This document shows, in pieces, positions 1-14,190 of a stretch of DNA of 64,000 nt (position 1 is the first letter of the stretch; each line of letters starts with the position of its first letter). Where the stretch lies: contig OZ176050.1 of the NCBI GenBank assembly GCA_964247055.1, positions 11,532,001 through 11,596,000 on the forward strand. Reading direction: 5' to 3'. Source of the DNA: Paragordius varius (Eukaryota > Animalia > Nematomorpha). The notes under the pieces were generated by a model. It made no database searches. It saw nothing but the letters and a program-made list of their open reading frames with translations, and was not told the origin of the DNA. A program made the position numbers and the translations under genes.

Positions 1-2465
1 ATAAATTATTCCAAGTCGCAAATGTATTTCATTAGCGCGTTCAAAGTTGGGATCTACATAGAGCGTTTGTAGGAAAGCATTGGTCGCTCTTGAAAAGTCA
101 TAAAATAAAAATAATATAAAGTTGTAAACTTTTAAACATTAGTTTGTTAAATTTTAAAATGCTACTCTACAAACGGAAGAGTAATAAAATTTCAAGTTCA
201 TGATTGCTGCTAATATATATAAAAAATTCAAAGAAATTTTGATTTTATGTTAGTTGCATAATAAAAAAGCAATTAACAGTTATCAAAGTAAATTAAGTGT
301 TAATATCTAGCCTTTAAAATTTATATCTATAGAAGTTATTTTGTAAGGCCAATGTCAGAAATTAATTTTTACGACTAGAACAATGGGTTAATTTTAAGGA
401 CATTCCTTGATTATACTTCTAAAACAGACATTTTTTCAAGACAAATAGTATCATATAACCTTATATAAATCCAATTAATTAATTAGATAAGAGATATTAA
501 TTAGTAAATTAATTAATGGGAGATTTTGAAACAAATTTAATTACCTAGAAAAGATATCTATTGAACATTAAAAAATCTTCAGAACAGAGCACAGATAAAA
601 AATTTTGCCCCATAAAATGTTAAAAAAAAATTATAAAGACACCTTAACCTGAAATCTTAATTCTTCAATAGTTTTAATTGATTTTCAGTAAAGAGCGTAA
701 TTAATGGATTTCTAACTGTCATCACAAAATTAGCGCAATTATGATTAAAAGCTATTGGAAATAATTATTTTGTAATTTATATCTCCAAAAATAATTCATG
801 TTTTACCCAAAAACGGATAAAAAATAAAAAAAAATGCGGTATATTTATCCTCACTTCTTTGTTGTTCTTTCTCCCAATGTTAACATTCCATAAGGAATAT
901 GGCAAAAGATTAAAGTTCATGTAATCCAAATTTATATTAACAATAATTATTGAAAACAATTAGATACATTTGTAATTCATATAAAAACGCTCCCAAAAGC
1001 ACACAACAAAGATAATTAACTGTGAAAATTAAACAACATTATATATTTAATATAATTTCTAAAAAATGAACCCAATATGGTAAAATTAAGTAACTGAAAA
1101 AAAAGCATAATTTGTTGGAAAACCCTTAATATTTATACCATTACTAAATAAAAAAAATTGTAAAGGAAAGGGGGGTTTTAGTGCTTTTATCGTATTAAAT
1201 GATGTCTTAATAACATATAATAGTATAAGAGTAATGGGTAGTTGGTTGTCTGATGACAAAAATTATTTCACTTTAGGCGATAATTTGGTGTCAAAATTTC
1301 TCTCAAATTAATTAAATATATATATATATTTTTATATCTATCTACTTATGTAAGGCAATAAATATTTTGTAACATAGTTTATCTTATGTAATTATATAAT
1401 TACGACAAAAATGGTTAACGTTCAATAGTATAAAAAAATAAAAAAATTGTTAAAAAATAAAAATCATTATTAAGTAAAAATTTTTTAATCATTAAACATA
1501 CTGTATAAAAATTTCAATGCCAACCAATTCAGCAGATATTTTTTTCATGAACAAGAGGAGGTTAACAATAAAATAAACCATAAATATTTGTGAGAAAGAT
1601 CGTAAAATAAATTTTTAACATTAGTATTTATAATTTAAAGGGGTTATATACAAGCCTCTAAATTTGTCAAAAATAGTTTTTTACCTTAAACTAGTTGTTA
1701 AGCTCTTTTTTTAGTCATGTAGTAATAAAAAAAGTGCCCATAAAACTGTTTAAAAAGTAAAGGGAAGGGCACAAAAAATATTGTTTGGATAACTTAGTTA
1801 AAATATACCTCCTCTACCAAAAATATATGTTGAGGGATGTAATGTAGTAGAATAAAATATTTGGAAGAATAAAACTAATGAGATATATTAAGAGATATGG
1901 AATGATGGTAATTAATATATTTCAAGTTTTTCAACAAAATATTGGATTGAAAATAGCTAGAATACTCTAAAGGGACATGAAATGATAAATAACCTTTGCC
2001 AATACAAATATACTATTAAATTGGAAAAGGATGTGTTATATAAGTGAACAAAAATAAATATACAGCTCTCTGTAGAATCTTAAAACAATAATAATTTTGT
2101 TATTTTTATAATTATTATACTATATATGATAAAAATGATCGCGGAAGCAAATATTTACTTAATAAGGCAAATAATTTGCAAAAATATTATTGTTGTTAAT
2201 TATATATTATCAGAAGAGGTATGTAACATAGTCACAATATTAATCTAAAACTGCCAATTTTTTGAAGTGTTAAAATTTAAAACAATACATGCTGTTTGAT
2301 GATACAATTATTATGCAATATTTGAATAGTTGTATTATTGAGATATCAAAATGTAAAATTAATTGGATAGTGTTGCCATGTCTTAAATTAAGTATAATTT
2401 ATACGTTTTTTTTGTATGGGAGATAATACAAACATATAGAAACAAATCTTATGTAATTAGCGGTA

Positions 2466-2468
<3 letters not shown>

Positions 2469-2496
<28 letters not shown>
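2469..2496. repeat. (CA)n microsatellite
   Basis: Perfect CA dinucleotide run read directly from the sequence. Confidence 0.95.
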
Positions 2497-3270
2497 AAGA
2501 AAAATTAAAGATCATTGTACAGGTAAGATAAAGGTGAATCAATTGAACCAAAGCCAACGGAGATTTGTGTAATTTATGCAATATATATACATTACGGTAA
2601 TATTGATATTAGCACATAAATGATTGTGGTCAGATATTATAAAAAATAAAATAAATTATTATTTTACTAGGTGAAACAAAGATAAAATGTTATGTATAAA
2701 AGATTCCAAACACCAACCAGCATGAGGTATGAATTGTATATATTAGAGGGAATAAGGAATGTTTATTTGATTAATATACCTCTCCATGAGAGATATATCT
2801 ATAATCAGTTATTTGATAATCGTGTTTAAAAACAACAAAAATGGCAATACTATATTCCACGTTGTAAAAAAATAAATATGTACAGAGTTAGAGTAATTTT
2901 CATACCATTTTTAAATGGTAAATAATGTATTAGTTATATAGTTAATTATGTAATATTTTTGTTATCTAAAACAGTATTGATTGATTTTATTGCGTATATG
3001 CACACAAATACAGAAATAATAAATAAAGGGAAAATCTAAATATTAAATTAAATATATATATAAATACGAAAATATAAAACAACAATGTATTTTATGTTAT
3101 TTATATATATATATATGAATTTAAATAGAGTAGAATAATTATATTTATTTTATTGTATGGGTTTATGTATGAATACTTAGTCTTAGTAATATCGTAAAAA
3201 ATCTAAAACAACCACAATATTAACCCTATTTCCCCAGTATATATTGATTTATACTAATGCTATACGCATA

Positions 3271-3375
3271 CAGTAGTGTATGTTTGTCCATAATTAAATA
3301 TACAAAATTAATGTTATAAACTAGGAAAAAATGTAAAATTTTAACCTCTTTGTTAATTTTTACCATACGCTACTG
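3271..3375. mobile_element. Mini MITE, Tc1/mariner-like (TA target), copy 1
   Basis: TA|CAGTAGTGTATG ... CATACGCTACTG|TA inverted ends. The internal tttgtccataat..aaattaatgt is shared with the copy at 4143-4252. Confidence 0.65.
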
Positions 3376-4142
3376 TATGTAAAGAAGATACATTAGCAAA
3401 AAGACAAAAAAAGCATCTATATATTTTTTGTCCTACTACACCAAACCACCACAATTTTGGGACCATATAGTAGTATTAATATTAAAAATAATTTTATGCG
3501 TCCAACAAAAGTCCTATAAACAGTAAAATATGTAAAAAACTTAAATGAAACAAACACCCACCTGCAATAGATTACCACAAACAATTTTAATAAATACACA
3601 TAACTTGACTTTAAACTTTATTTTTTGGTCCCGTGATAACTTTTAATAAAGCATTAATGTGTAAAAAAATATGTAAACAGGTAGATACACATTCAAAGTT
3701 TTGTTTAAATAAACCCTTTACATTAATACAATATGCCTTTACAAATTTGTTGTAAAAATAGTAGTGTATGTATAATTAAGGTCATCTCATCTTTTCACTA
3801 TATTAGAAATTACAGTACATCTTTATTTATATTTTCAACATTCTCAATGTCAACATTATCCATGAAAATTATGTGAAACATTACAAACTAGAGTGAGATA
3901 ACGATGACTTTATTGCAGAAATAAATTAATATATACAAAACTGAGATCTCTCCAAGCAGAAAATAGAAAAAAATTGGTAAACTTGAAAAAAATATAAAAA
4001 TGATAATTTTGGTCACGTAGTAAGTGCATTATTTAGTTATCCAATAATTTTTTCTATATATGGAGGTACTAGTTGAAAAACACAAATACAGTATGTACAT
4101 TAATGATGCTCAATTGAAATTATTGTTTACTGATTGTTAATA

Positions 4143-4252
4143 GAGTTGCGTATGATATTAAACAAATTTTGTCCATAATAAAAAAATTAATGTGTTAAGG
4201 CAGGAACAAATTTAATTTTAATTAATTGTTGTTTTTTAGCCATACGGTACTG
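4143..4252. mobile_element. Mini MITE, Tc1/mariner-like, copy 2
   Basis: TA|GAGTTGCGTATG ... CATACGGTACTG|TA. Degenerate sister of 3271-3375. Confidence 0.55.
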
Positions 4253-7200
4253 TATTGCCAATTGGCCGAAAATAAAGTGAACTGACCAACATTAATGTGC
4301 ATACTCTAAAATATCGTACCCTATATTTTAGCAAAAAAAGTTATAAAGATAGAAGCAATTTTACGGAAAACTATAATTCGATTTAGATGGCCGGTGCGCA
4401 GACGATAGCAGGACAAATTTCAAACATGGCATCCGTTTTATTGGTCATTATAATGGGCACAGTAATTATTTCCAGGATTACAAAAATAATTTGTAAGAAT
4501 ATACATATTAAATGAGGTTCACTTTCTATGATAAATTTTATCGTAGCTTAAAAATTTTTAAATGCTCCCAAAAATAACATTAATACAGAATAAATCAGTA
4601 TATTTTATATTCTTATATAAATTTTGAAAGCCACCAATCTTTGGTCACCCCATATTATTTTCCAAATATCTCGAAAATTAAAGCATATAGCGTATTTCTA
4701 AATGTTGTCAAAAATATGGTGAAGCGCCATAAAACATCTTTCTAACAAAGTTAAAAAAACAGTATTATCGAGACAAAAAATTTTAATTAATTGAAAAAAA
4801 AACATAGTAAAAATATAAACATAGACAAAAATAAGAGATGTACGCTTTGCTACATAGCGTCCTTTTTCCCTTTAACATGCTTGCCACGATTTCACCCAAA
4901 GATGAAAATCATAAAAATATGAATAAATAAATTAAAATCTGAACAAAAATAATTAATCATAATTTTTTGTGCAATGCGCGTGCTTTTGTATAAATTACCG
5001 CAATCAATATCTTACTGAACCAGCCAGCGTTTCACGAAAAGCATTCCCATAAATATATATCAATATTTAAAATCGTTTTTTAAAACTGTGAGACAAAAAT
5101 GGCGTCATGAAAATAAATTATTGAAAGAGCTGAAAATCCAAAAATGTTATTGGGCATCAGCCAAGAATTTTCAAAATTTCTTAAATTTTATGCGCAATGT
5201 AATTTAAATATTTTAAAGTGAGTATACCAACTTTAAAAATCCCAAAAAGGGTCGATTGGATTTGGAGACCCCAAAACTGATTTTTAGTAACCAGCTGTTA
5301 TTGAAAAGTTTTAAATAATTTAAATTTAAGTTTGGCAAAGAGTTGATTTATAAAATTTCTTTGCCTTATGGGTGGTTGACGATGACAAAAAGAATAAAAA
5401 ATTAATTATTTATTAAACAAATCCAATTGAATAAAAACTATAGCGTTTTTTTAAGCGTGTTTTTAAAAATCTTGATAGTTGAAATTGTAATATAAATTTA
5501 TCCGAAACCTTTTTCCGTCAAATAATTTTAATATTGAAATAAATAATAATAAATATATTTTAAAAAAAATTATGATCTTTAAAGAGTAGGCATGTTGAAA
5601 AAGTTTACCATTTATTGTTAATGAAGTGGTAAAAAAGTTGAGTTGCATTCGTAAAAGAAATGATAACCTTTTTCCGCGTTGGAAATGGAAAAAAAACTTA
5701 AAATTATTTCTGGCACCGAACAAGCTAAAAATTTAGATTAAAATATTAACGTGCTGAAGCGAGATATCTAGATTATACTTGATAAAAAATTAGTTATCTG
5801 ATGGGATGCTTCAATTATCAAACAAACCTATACAATATGCTAGATATCTAAATTCAATTATATATAAAAACTTCATTTTGTAACTGACTTCTAAAAGACA
5901 AATTTATATCGCTCCAAATGCAATATTGCCCCCATTTTAAATTCTGGCGATTTCCATATCCTGGAACACCGAAATTTCAAAACTACATTTTTGACCAAAA
6001 TCTTGATACGTCGAAAATGGACATACTAAACGTGCACCTTTATAAAGCCTTTTTATCAGTTTACATGCTTTACTAAAAACTAATTTTGTCTAAAATATAT
6101 CCTTTTAATCAGTCTTCTGACTGTTAAAAGTTACATGAAAAAAATTCTTGCTGGGCCAAATGTATCCCTTAAAAATATATTTTGTATAATGTTTTTAAGG
6201 GTATTTATTCACTTAAAGTTAACTTTAATTGTCAAAAATTTATTAGATGCCCGTCAATGCAATGTGATTTATTCCATTGGACACATGGTATATATCACTA
6301 CTAAAACCAAATATTTATGTAGGAATTGCACCTATATGGGAGATATATCATCAAGAAAAAAAAACAAGATTTGAGACATTATTAATAAGTTCGTGATATT
6401 GTTTTGGTTATAATATTCATGAAGCGACAACATGTCCAATAATATTATTTGAACAAACCCTTACCAGATAAAAGAAAACTTGGGGCATCAAACTAAAAAA
6501 ATGATTAAAACAAAAACTAAAATATAGTTTTGAATCTTGAATACAGATTAATGAGTATAAGGCGACAATAATGTTTAACCACAAAAATGATATGTAGGTA
6601 CACAAATGTTAACCATTAATATTTGTCTAAATCTATTGTATGTGACATAAGTCGTATTTTAAAGATATACCCACTAAATAATTTATAGGGTCATTTAACT
6701 TTACCTTTTGTAAAAAAAGAAACTTTCGCGCTACTAAAAATTTAATCAATGCAAACAAGAAAAAAATCAATTTAAACACCATTATAAACTTAAAACAGTG
6801 CTATTAATTAAAGATGATCAGAATAATTTTCCAAAAACTCTAAGACAAAATATTAATAACTCATTTGAAAACCACAGATGTGTGATCGTCTGAAAAAAAT
6901 ATTTTTCATTGCAAAGCAAAAGATATAAAAAAAAATCAAAAACCAACCTCTCAGAGTGACAAATTATTGAATTATATTTCATATTTTAAAATTTTAAATA
7001 ATGCTGAATGCAACCTTTAAAATAACGTGAATAATATATGTTGCCATCGAATCGCCAAAACACATCTTAAAGATTTTTCCAAATAATTGCAAAAGTGTAT
7101 TGGGTACCTATCTCAAATTATAGGGTCTTAATGGTCAAAGATATTATTAATGCGTTAAAAATGATGATATGTACATTTTTTTGATCAATATTTATATAAA

Positions 7201-7707
7201 TTTTTAATCCGCATACTAGAATTTTTTGAGGTAAACATATAAAGTGAAGACTTATAATAAATTAATTAGAAAAAACGGATAAAACTAAATGATATTTATT
7301 CAAAACAGTGGAATCGCAAACAGCATCAATATGCAATTTTTATTTTTAACTGCAATATAGGATATTGTAATGATTTAAGTCCGTATTTTTTTATTTTTTT
7401 AAGCAAAAATTTCCAGGTCGCATTTTGAACATCTTTTTTAAAACAATATTTCAACATCTTATGTTTATCCTAATAAATAGTAAAAAATTGTAATCGCATA
7501 ATACTCAAAATTAGGTCATTAAAATAATAATATACCCTATTTTTCGCAAAAAATTTGGGATTCCTACGATATACAATATATACAAATACTAAAAAGCTAA
7601 TTATTAAAATTTTTAGATTCATAAAACTAAAACACTATTGGCGCTTAAATTTATTAAATTAGGTTAAATGCGTTAATAAAGTTATTTTACATTTTGATAT
7701 TTTAAAT

Positions 7708-9859
7708 CAGTGATACTCAAACCGCGGCCCGCGGGCCGCATGCGGCCCTAAGAGTGCTTTAAAATTGCCCTATGACCATATTGATACTTAAATTATTTTT
7801 TTTAATTTTTAAAATACACATAAACGAATTTTCGCTTATTTTAATATTAATTTATTTTCTTTAGATTTAATTTTGGTAATTTTTATTTTTTACCCAATAT
7901 GTAAAATTTCCCTATTATATAAGTTAAAAATTTTGGCACACGTTTTTGTTTCTATATGCTATTTTCTTTTCATTTTGAAATTTTTATTGCATTCTTTTTT
8001 TGTTTTTTAGTCTTTCACCCAAGCTTGCACATACATATTCTTTGCTATCCTGCATCATAACTCATATTCATAAAATATTTTTAAAATAAACATCATTAAA
8101 TTTCAACCTGTTTTTTTATATCATAATTTAAATTTTATTCCTATTTTTGAAAAAATTTATATAATATTTTAACATAAATTCAAGATGTCATCTAAAGCTA
8201 AACTTAAATTATACGAAAATCACTCCTTTAAAAAGGAATGGGAAGAAAAATTTAAAATTATAATGTTGTTAAATGCCTTATATAAGGACAACATAATTAA
8301 AAAAATACAATATTGAATGATTTACAATCCAAATTTCTCCCAAATTAACTGAATGCGGAAAACGAAAAATACAAAAAGAATTATACCAGAAAGAAAAATC
8401 TATTATGCCCATGACAACCAGGGAAAAGCTTTAACATTAGCTTTGTATGAAATATGCTATTTTCTAGGAAAAAATATAAAACCCATTCCCAACTAATAAA
8501 AGAATATTTAATAAATGGTTGCACTTTTTCATTTGATTAATTCCATAATCATGAGGCAAATTAAAAAACATATGATTTAATAGACGCATTGAAGATATCA
8601 GAAAACTTTTTGGCGGAAGGCGCCATCTCCTTCTAAGTTTTAAATATATTTTTAACACTCTGGAAAACTGCAAATATTTTAGTGTTGGTATTGATTACAG
8701 CACTGATATTAGTTCAACACCTCAATGTGCGCTAATCGTGCTATTTTGCAACGAAAACAAAATCAACGAGGAATATATTAAATTTTTACCAATGTATAAC
8801 GAAAGGAAGTTTTCACGAAAGCACATATTTTCTTCGATAATAATGGTATATTTAAGAAAAAATTGGTTTCACTCTGCTAGCTCTCCCTCAATGATAGGAA
8901 CAAACAAAGGATTTATATTTCTTTTTGAAAAACAAATAATTTGCAAAATATTATATGCTTTCACTGCGTTATTCATCAGCAAAACTTGATTTCGTGTGTA
9001 AAAAATGACTTCTTCAGTTATTAAAACGGTTGTGTATATAGTTTATCACATTCGTTGCATAGAATTCAACCGCTGTTTGAAAGATCTCCACAGTGGTTTG
9101 ATGATATTCTTTTGTACACCGCTGTGAGATGGCTATGCCTTAGCATAAAACACTCCTATATTTTCCAAATTCATGAAGAAAATATGGAATCTACAGCGGA
9201 GATTAATTTAATAATAGACATTCATTTATCATTTTTATTTAATAAAATGAAGTTCAGATTTCAAAAGAAATATTAAATTACTTAAAACTCGTTAAAAATA
9301 CATGGCATATGGATATCCAATATTAAGTTGAGTATTTCGGTATAGGCGCTTTTTGTTGAAGAATTCGTAGATTTTAAATGATTCCAATTTGGGGCTATAT
9401 TCAAGGAGAATCGTAGAAAAAGATATGCAGAGTTTCGGCAAGACCAAATAAATATGAAAATATAAAAAAATGTGCTCAAGTTATCTTAACTGTTTTTCCC
9501 ACCACAACTTACAGGTGTGAGAGGGCATATTTAACAATGAAGTAGGTAAGGAATACATACAGAAATCGCTTAATCGATGATTATATGAAGGACTTTGTGA
9601 AATTGGCATGTCATGAGGTGAAACCAAATTTGTCAAAAATTATTGGTTAATGTCCAATACTGTTGTTATCAAAATATTTTAATTTTTTAAACTAAATGGT
9701 ACCAAACGGGTTTTTAGCTGGATTATGCTATCCTCAAAAACCATTGTGCTTAGAGTAGAAATATGTGTCAAATAATGGAAGATTTGCCATTAAAAGCTTC
9801 ATGGCCCTCGAAAAAAAAATATAATTTGGCCCGTCAAATTTTTTTGGTGAGTACCACTG
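7708..9859 (+). mobile_element. Decayed hAT DNA transposon, Buster/Charlie/GTF2IRD2-type
   Basis: TIRs CAGTGATACTCA / TGAGTACCACTG and a perfect 8-bp TSD TTTTAAAT (7700-7707, 9860-9867). Broken transposase motifs EWEEKF, TDISSTPQC, HCVIH, VRWL and TYRCE are interrupted by stops and frameshifts. Confidence 0.92.
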
Positions 9860-11822
9860 TTTTAAATTATTGAAAAAGTTTGAGTCAAATCAAATTAGAT
9901 AAATTCATTACAAGATTGTGTAAATTTTACTAGTTTTAGTTTTCCCCACAAATTGTTCTGACCGATTCTGAATGCACTAATGAATGCATTATGACAGTAA
10001 CTGCGACCGCTTATAAAAATGGTCAGTCAAATATAATTACGTGTTCATCTTAAGTTTTTATAGAATTTTTAATTTTATTAAAAAAATGTAAAAAATATTA
10101 AAAATTTTAAGGGCTTGTAATTTATAATTATATCATTAAAAAGCGATTTGGTTGATAAATTAAATTTTATAATTTATAGACAATATAAATTTCGAAAGGG
10201 TAGTATAAATTGACGGGTTATGAACATAAATAGCTACATTTCTAATCAGTCTTCACAGTAGTTATTTTTGGGTAAAAACTCCCCCAATTACTCCCAGCCA
10301 GCTACCACTATACAAATGCACAGGGTATAATTTCAATATATTTCTTTATTAAGTTAACATTTAATTATATACATTTAAAATTAATTACCGTAGATTCGTT
10401 AATTAATTTGTATATATATATATAAAGTAATTAATAAAATTTGGGTACAAACAATAATTTAAGCATAAATTCAATTTTTAATAAATTGACCAAGGTTCCA
10501 ACACTATGTCAAAATTTGGGAAAACCACAAAGAACGCGTTGATTATACTATTAGGTTAAACCCTGTAGGTCCAAAAGTATTTTAATATACATTTTAAAGT
10601 TTATTAAGTAATAATAAGCTTTTTTACGGATATTTTGATTTTAGGTATTTTTATTTCTAAGCGTAAATCCTGACTTATTCTAAAATGCTAATATTTACTC
10701 TCTTTAATAAAATTAATTAATATATCCATCTTTGATATAATTGATGTAATCGCGTATTTATAACAAATGTTAGCTAGTAATTTTAAAAACTCGCTTGTTA
10801 CAAAAATTCCGTTTTGTCTTTATAAATATTTTTTTATTGTTTAGTATATTTATTATAGTTAGAAAAGACTTACAAATCAAAGGCTCCAAAATGGAAGTAT
10901 ACCAAAGCTAGTCCATACAAAAATATTGAATCCTGTATAATAAAAAATTTAGGAATTTGAAAATTACTTTCCAATAACTTTCGTCTAATTGGCAACATTG
11001 TTGATATGCTGATAAGGCTAAACGAAATATAAAATGTTTTACATTTAGCAATTAAATAAAACAGCATTCATATAAATCATTTAATGATATTTAAAATTAG
11101 ATATAATCCATTATAATAAGTCCTAATTTCTTCACGATGGTTATCCAAAATATATTTGTCCAAAATTGATAAAACAAAACATAATGAAAGAGCTAATTTT
11201 ACAGGAAAAAAGGATGTTCACCAATCTTTTATAAATAAGAATTTTTCATTGGTTTAAATAAGAAATAAAAAAATACAATATTGTCAACTCTTAAACAATT
11301 AGCATGGTAGGATGACCTTTACGCAGGCGTATATATTAGTACTGATATTTATAAAAAAATATAAATATCCAGATTATGCGATCAAATGAATTACCTATGT
11401 AACTTTTGATAAATTAATATATTATAAACCCTGAGGATATTGTTCTGTTAAAAGATGAAGATGACCCAAATGGAGATACAATTTGGATTCGGTAAATAAA
11501 TGAATGTTTTCAAAATTCAAGGGCAGCTTGTCCAAATGACTTTCGTTACGTTTCGCAAATAATAGGGATTCAAATAACTCGATACCCTGAATTTATTATT
11601 AGTTTACCTCAACAATATGTTTAAAATGTATGTTGTTCGGTTCTTTAAAATTTATCAAACCATAATCACGACTATTATTTATAATTAAGATAAATACCTA
11701 TCGTAGCTTAAAGAAATATCGTATTCTTTGCTTCCACAATTTTCGGATTCTAGTATCATATGAAAAACAAATTTGGCATATGATTAACTTTTTTTAAAAA
11801 TTAAAAAAAGAATCATTTTTAA

Positions 11823-12393
11823 CACTTGGATAGAACACACTCATTTTATTCCGTCGAGTCGAATTAGGGTAGTTAAATACCCCAGGCCTGTTTAAAATTA
11901 TATTATTTAAAAAATATGGAGGGAATCGAAACCAAGCCAAAATTTTGCACTTATATGACATTAATAAACCGAAATATATAAAACTTTATTCAAAAATACT
12001 TGATATTAGTTATTTTAAGCTAAAATCGAAAGGTAAAAATTTATTCAATATGACATGTGTAGGCTGGTAAAATTGAAAAATAATACAAAACAACCGCTTT
12101 TTCTATTTCTATCAATGTTAGATGTAATTTATATAAAAAATTAGCTTTAATTTTACCCTTAAATTTAAATGACGGCGATAATTTGCAAAAAAATAGTAAA
12201 ATAAAAATTTCAAAGTAGTTTGACATATAATTTTTTTTCAAAACAAAATTTTATTTAGATATTTTGGCCTATATATATATTTTATATTAGGATAGAAGCA
12301 TAAATATAAATTTACACCGTTTCCGTCAGGAGTTTTTTAAAAATTCTAAGTCAAATTTAGTCTATGGTATCTAGATCCAATTTAATCAAAGTG
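11823..12393. mobile_element. piggyBac-like MITE (TTAA target)
   Basis: TTAA|CACTTGGAT ... ATCAAAGTG|TTAA. Related sequence occurs at ~20666-21070, 54719 and 56300-56368. Confidence 0.7.
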
Positions 12394-12406
12394 TTAATTA
12401 TGATAA

Positions 12407-14190
12407 TCTATATATTTATAAAAATGGAAATGCTGCCTTTGTTATCTGTTTCCCGAAAACCGGTGGACCCATTAAAATCCAAATGTCGAAAAAATATAAT
12501 CATTAATAATGTCTCTAGAAAGCTTCACCCTTTTTTGAATTAAGTCCACATTTCGGGCCCACCCCGTGTAAGAAACGGGTTTTTTCGAAAAAAGTCCACA
12601 AAAATCGTGGCTTTGGGACAATTTGCCGGAAAACGTGGACCATTTGATTTAACATATAATTTATTTTACTTATTTTTTGCGCCGAACATGCTGACTTTTT
12701 ATTTTTAGGCCTTCTTTTTTTCAAAAAAACTAATTTTTTTAATCTATTTTTAGCCCAAGTTTTGAGACCGTCAAAATTCAATAAGGATTCCTGGTATTTC
12801 CTGTTAAATGGAAAAAATTTTAGTCGTGCGTTTCTTTTTTATTGGCTACTGGGTAAGGAGATACCCCCTAAAAACTACCCTAACATATGCAAATAGCGTG
12901 CCTTTGGGGCCAATCAGAAAACCTATCAGGCCATATCGATAGGTGCTTAAAATATTACCCGTAACAAAACAAAAAATTAGGTCGTACGGTTTTTTTTATA
13001 TAGCCGTTATTTAGGCCCTTCACGCCCTGAAAATCGCGCCACCATAGAATGATTATTTAGTTTTGGGGCAATTTTTTCAAAAATAACATATGGAATCAAT
13101 CATGAGGTTTTCTCCGTAAAAAGGTAAAAATTTTAATCAAGCGCTTTATCAGCCTTTGGGTAGGGAACTAGCCGCCTTAAACTGCCCCGCAATATCGAAA
13201 TTGCGTTGTTTAGGATTTAATTTTCAGAAAACTTATCAGGCCACATAAATTTAATAAGGGCTTGAAATATTACCGTAAAATGGCATTGAAGTCGGTTAAC
13301 CGTTAATTAGGCCCTTTACTCCCTAAAATATGCGTTATCATTGAACTACTATTTAATTTTGAAGCCATTCTTCCAAAAACTATTAAGAACATAAGGAATG
13401 AATGATGATTCCAGATATTCCCCTATAAAAGTAAAATTTTTTGCGAACCTCTTTTTATATTAGCTGCTGGGTAAGGTGATACTCGCTTAAAACTGCCCCG
13501 TCATATCGAAATAGCGTGCCTTTGGAACTAAATTTTAGAAAACCCATCAGGTTATATGAATTTAATAGCTCTTAAAATATTATCCGTAACAAGGCTTAGG
13601 TCGTGCGGTTTCTTAAAATTGGCCGTTAATTAGGCCCTACAAGCCCTGAAAAACGCTCCACCATAGAATGATTAGTTTTGAGGCAATTTTTCCGAAAACT
13701 AATCATAAATGTAGAATCAATCATAAATCAAGGTATTCTCCGTAAAAAGGCAAAAATTCTAATCAAGGGCTTTTTTTGTATCAGCCTCTGGGTAGTGAGC
13801 TACCCGCCAACTGCGCCACCATATCGAAATTGCGTTCTTTACGATTTAATTCTCAGATATCAGGCCATATAAGTTTAATAAGGGCCTGAAATATTACCAG
13901 TAAAAAGGCAAAAATTAAAGTCCTGCGGTTTTTTAAAATAGCCGTTAATTAGTCCTTACCCCTGAAAAATGCGCTATTTTTTAACTATTTAGTTTTAAAG
14001 CCATTCTTTAAAAACTATTAAGAAATATGGAGTGAATGATGATTCCAGTCCCTTATAAAGCCAAAATTTTTTATCGAACGTCTTTCTTATATTGGCCTCT
14101 GGGTAAGGGGCTACCCGCGTAAAACTAGGTCACCACTACAGCACGCTTTTGGAGTCAACGGGAAACCTATGAGCCTATGTCAGTTCAATA
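12407..14190 (+). mobile_element. Non-autonomous Helitron with internal ~310-bp tandem array, 3'-truncated
   Basis: 5' end A|TCTATATATTTATAAAAATGGAA matches the copies at 47266 and 63519(-). GGGTA(A/G)G unit anchors at ~12851, 13158, 13469, 13790 and 14101. No CTAG/hairpin 3' end seen. Confidence 0.75.

Noticed and set aside
777-11067. Short 60-86 aa ORFs in the first 11 kb
   Set aside because: Phe/Ile/Lys/Asn-rich translations expected from AT-rich non-coding DNA, or pieces of the dead hAT transposase.
11425-11495. PEDIVLLKDEDDPNGDTIWIR, resembling the BEL/Pao C-terminal DUF5641 region or an orphan exon
   Set aside because: Too short, with no flanking integrase motifs, LTRs or partner exons found.
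12515-12781. ORFs inside Helitron copies (also 13678-13872, 47166-47504, 62886-63080)
   Set aside because: No Rep or helicase motifs, and the frames are not conserved between copies.
12781-14190. Regularly spaced repeats as a CRISPR array or other prokaryotic system
   Set aside because: The period is about 310 bp with similarity along the whole unit and no unique spacers. The context is a eukaryotic Helitron and there are no cas genes.
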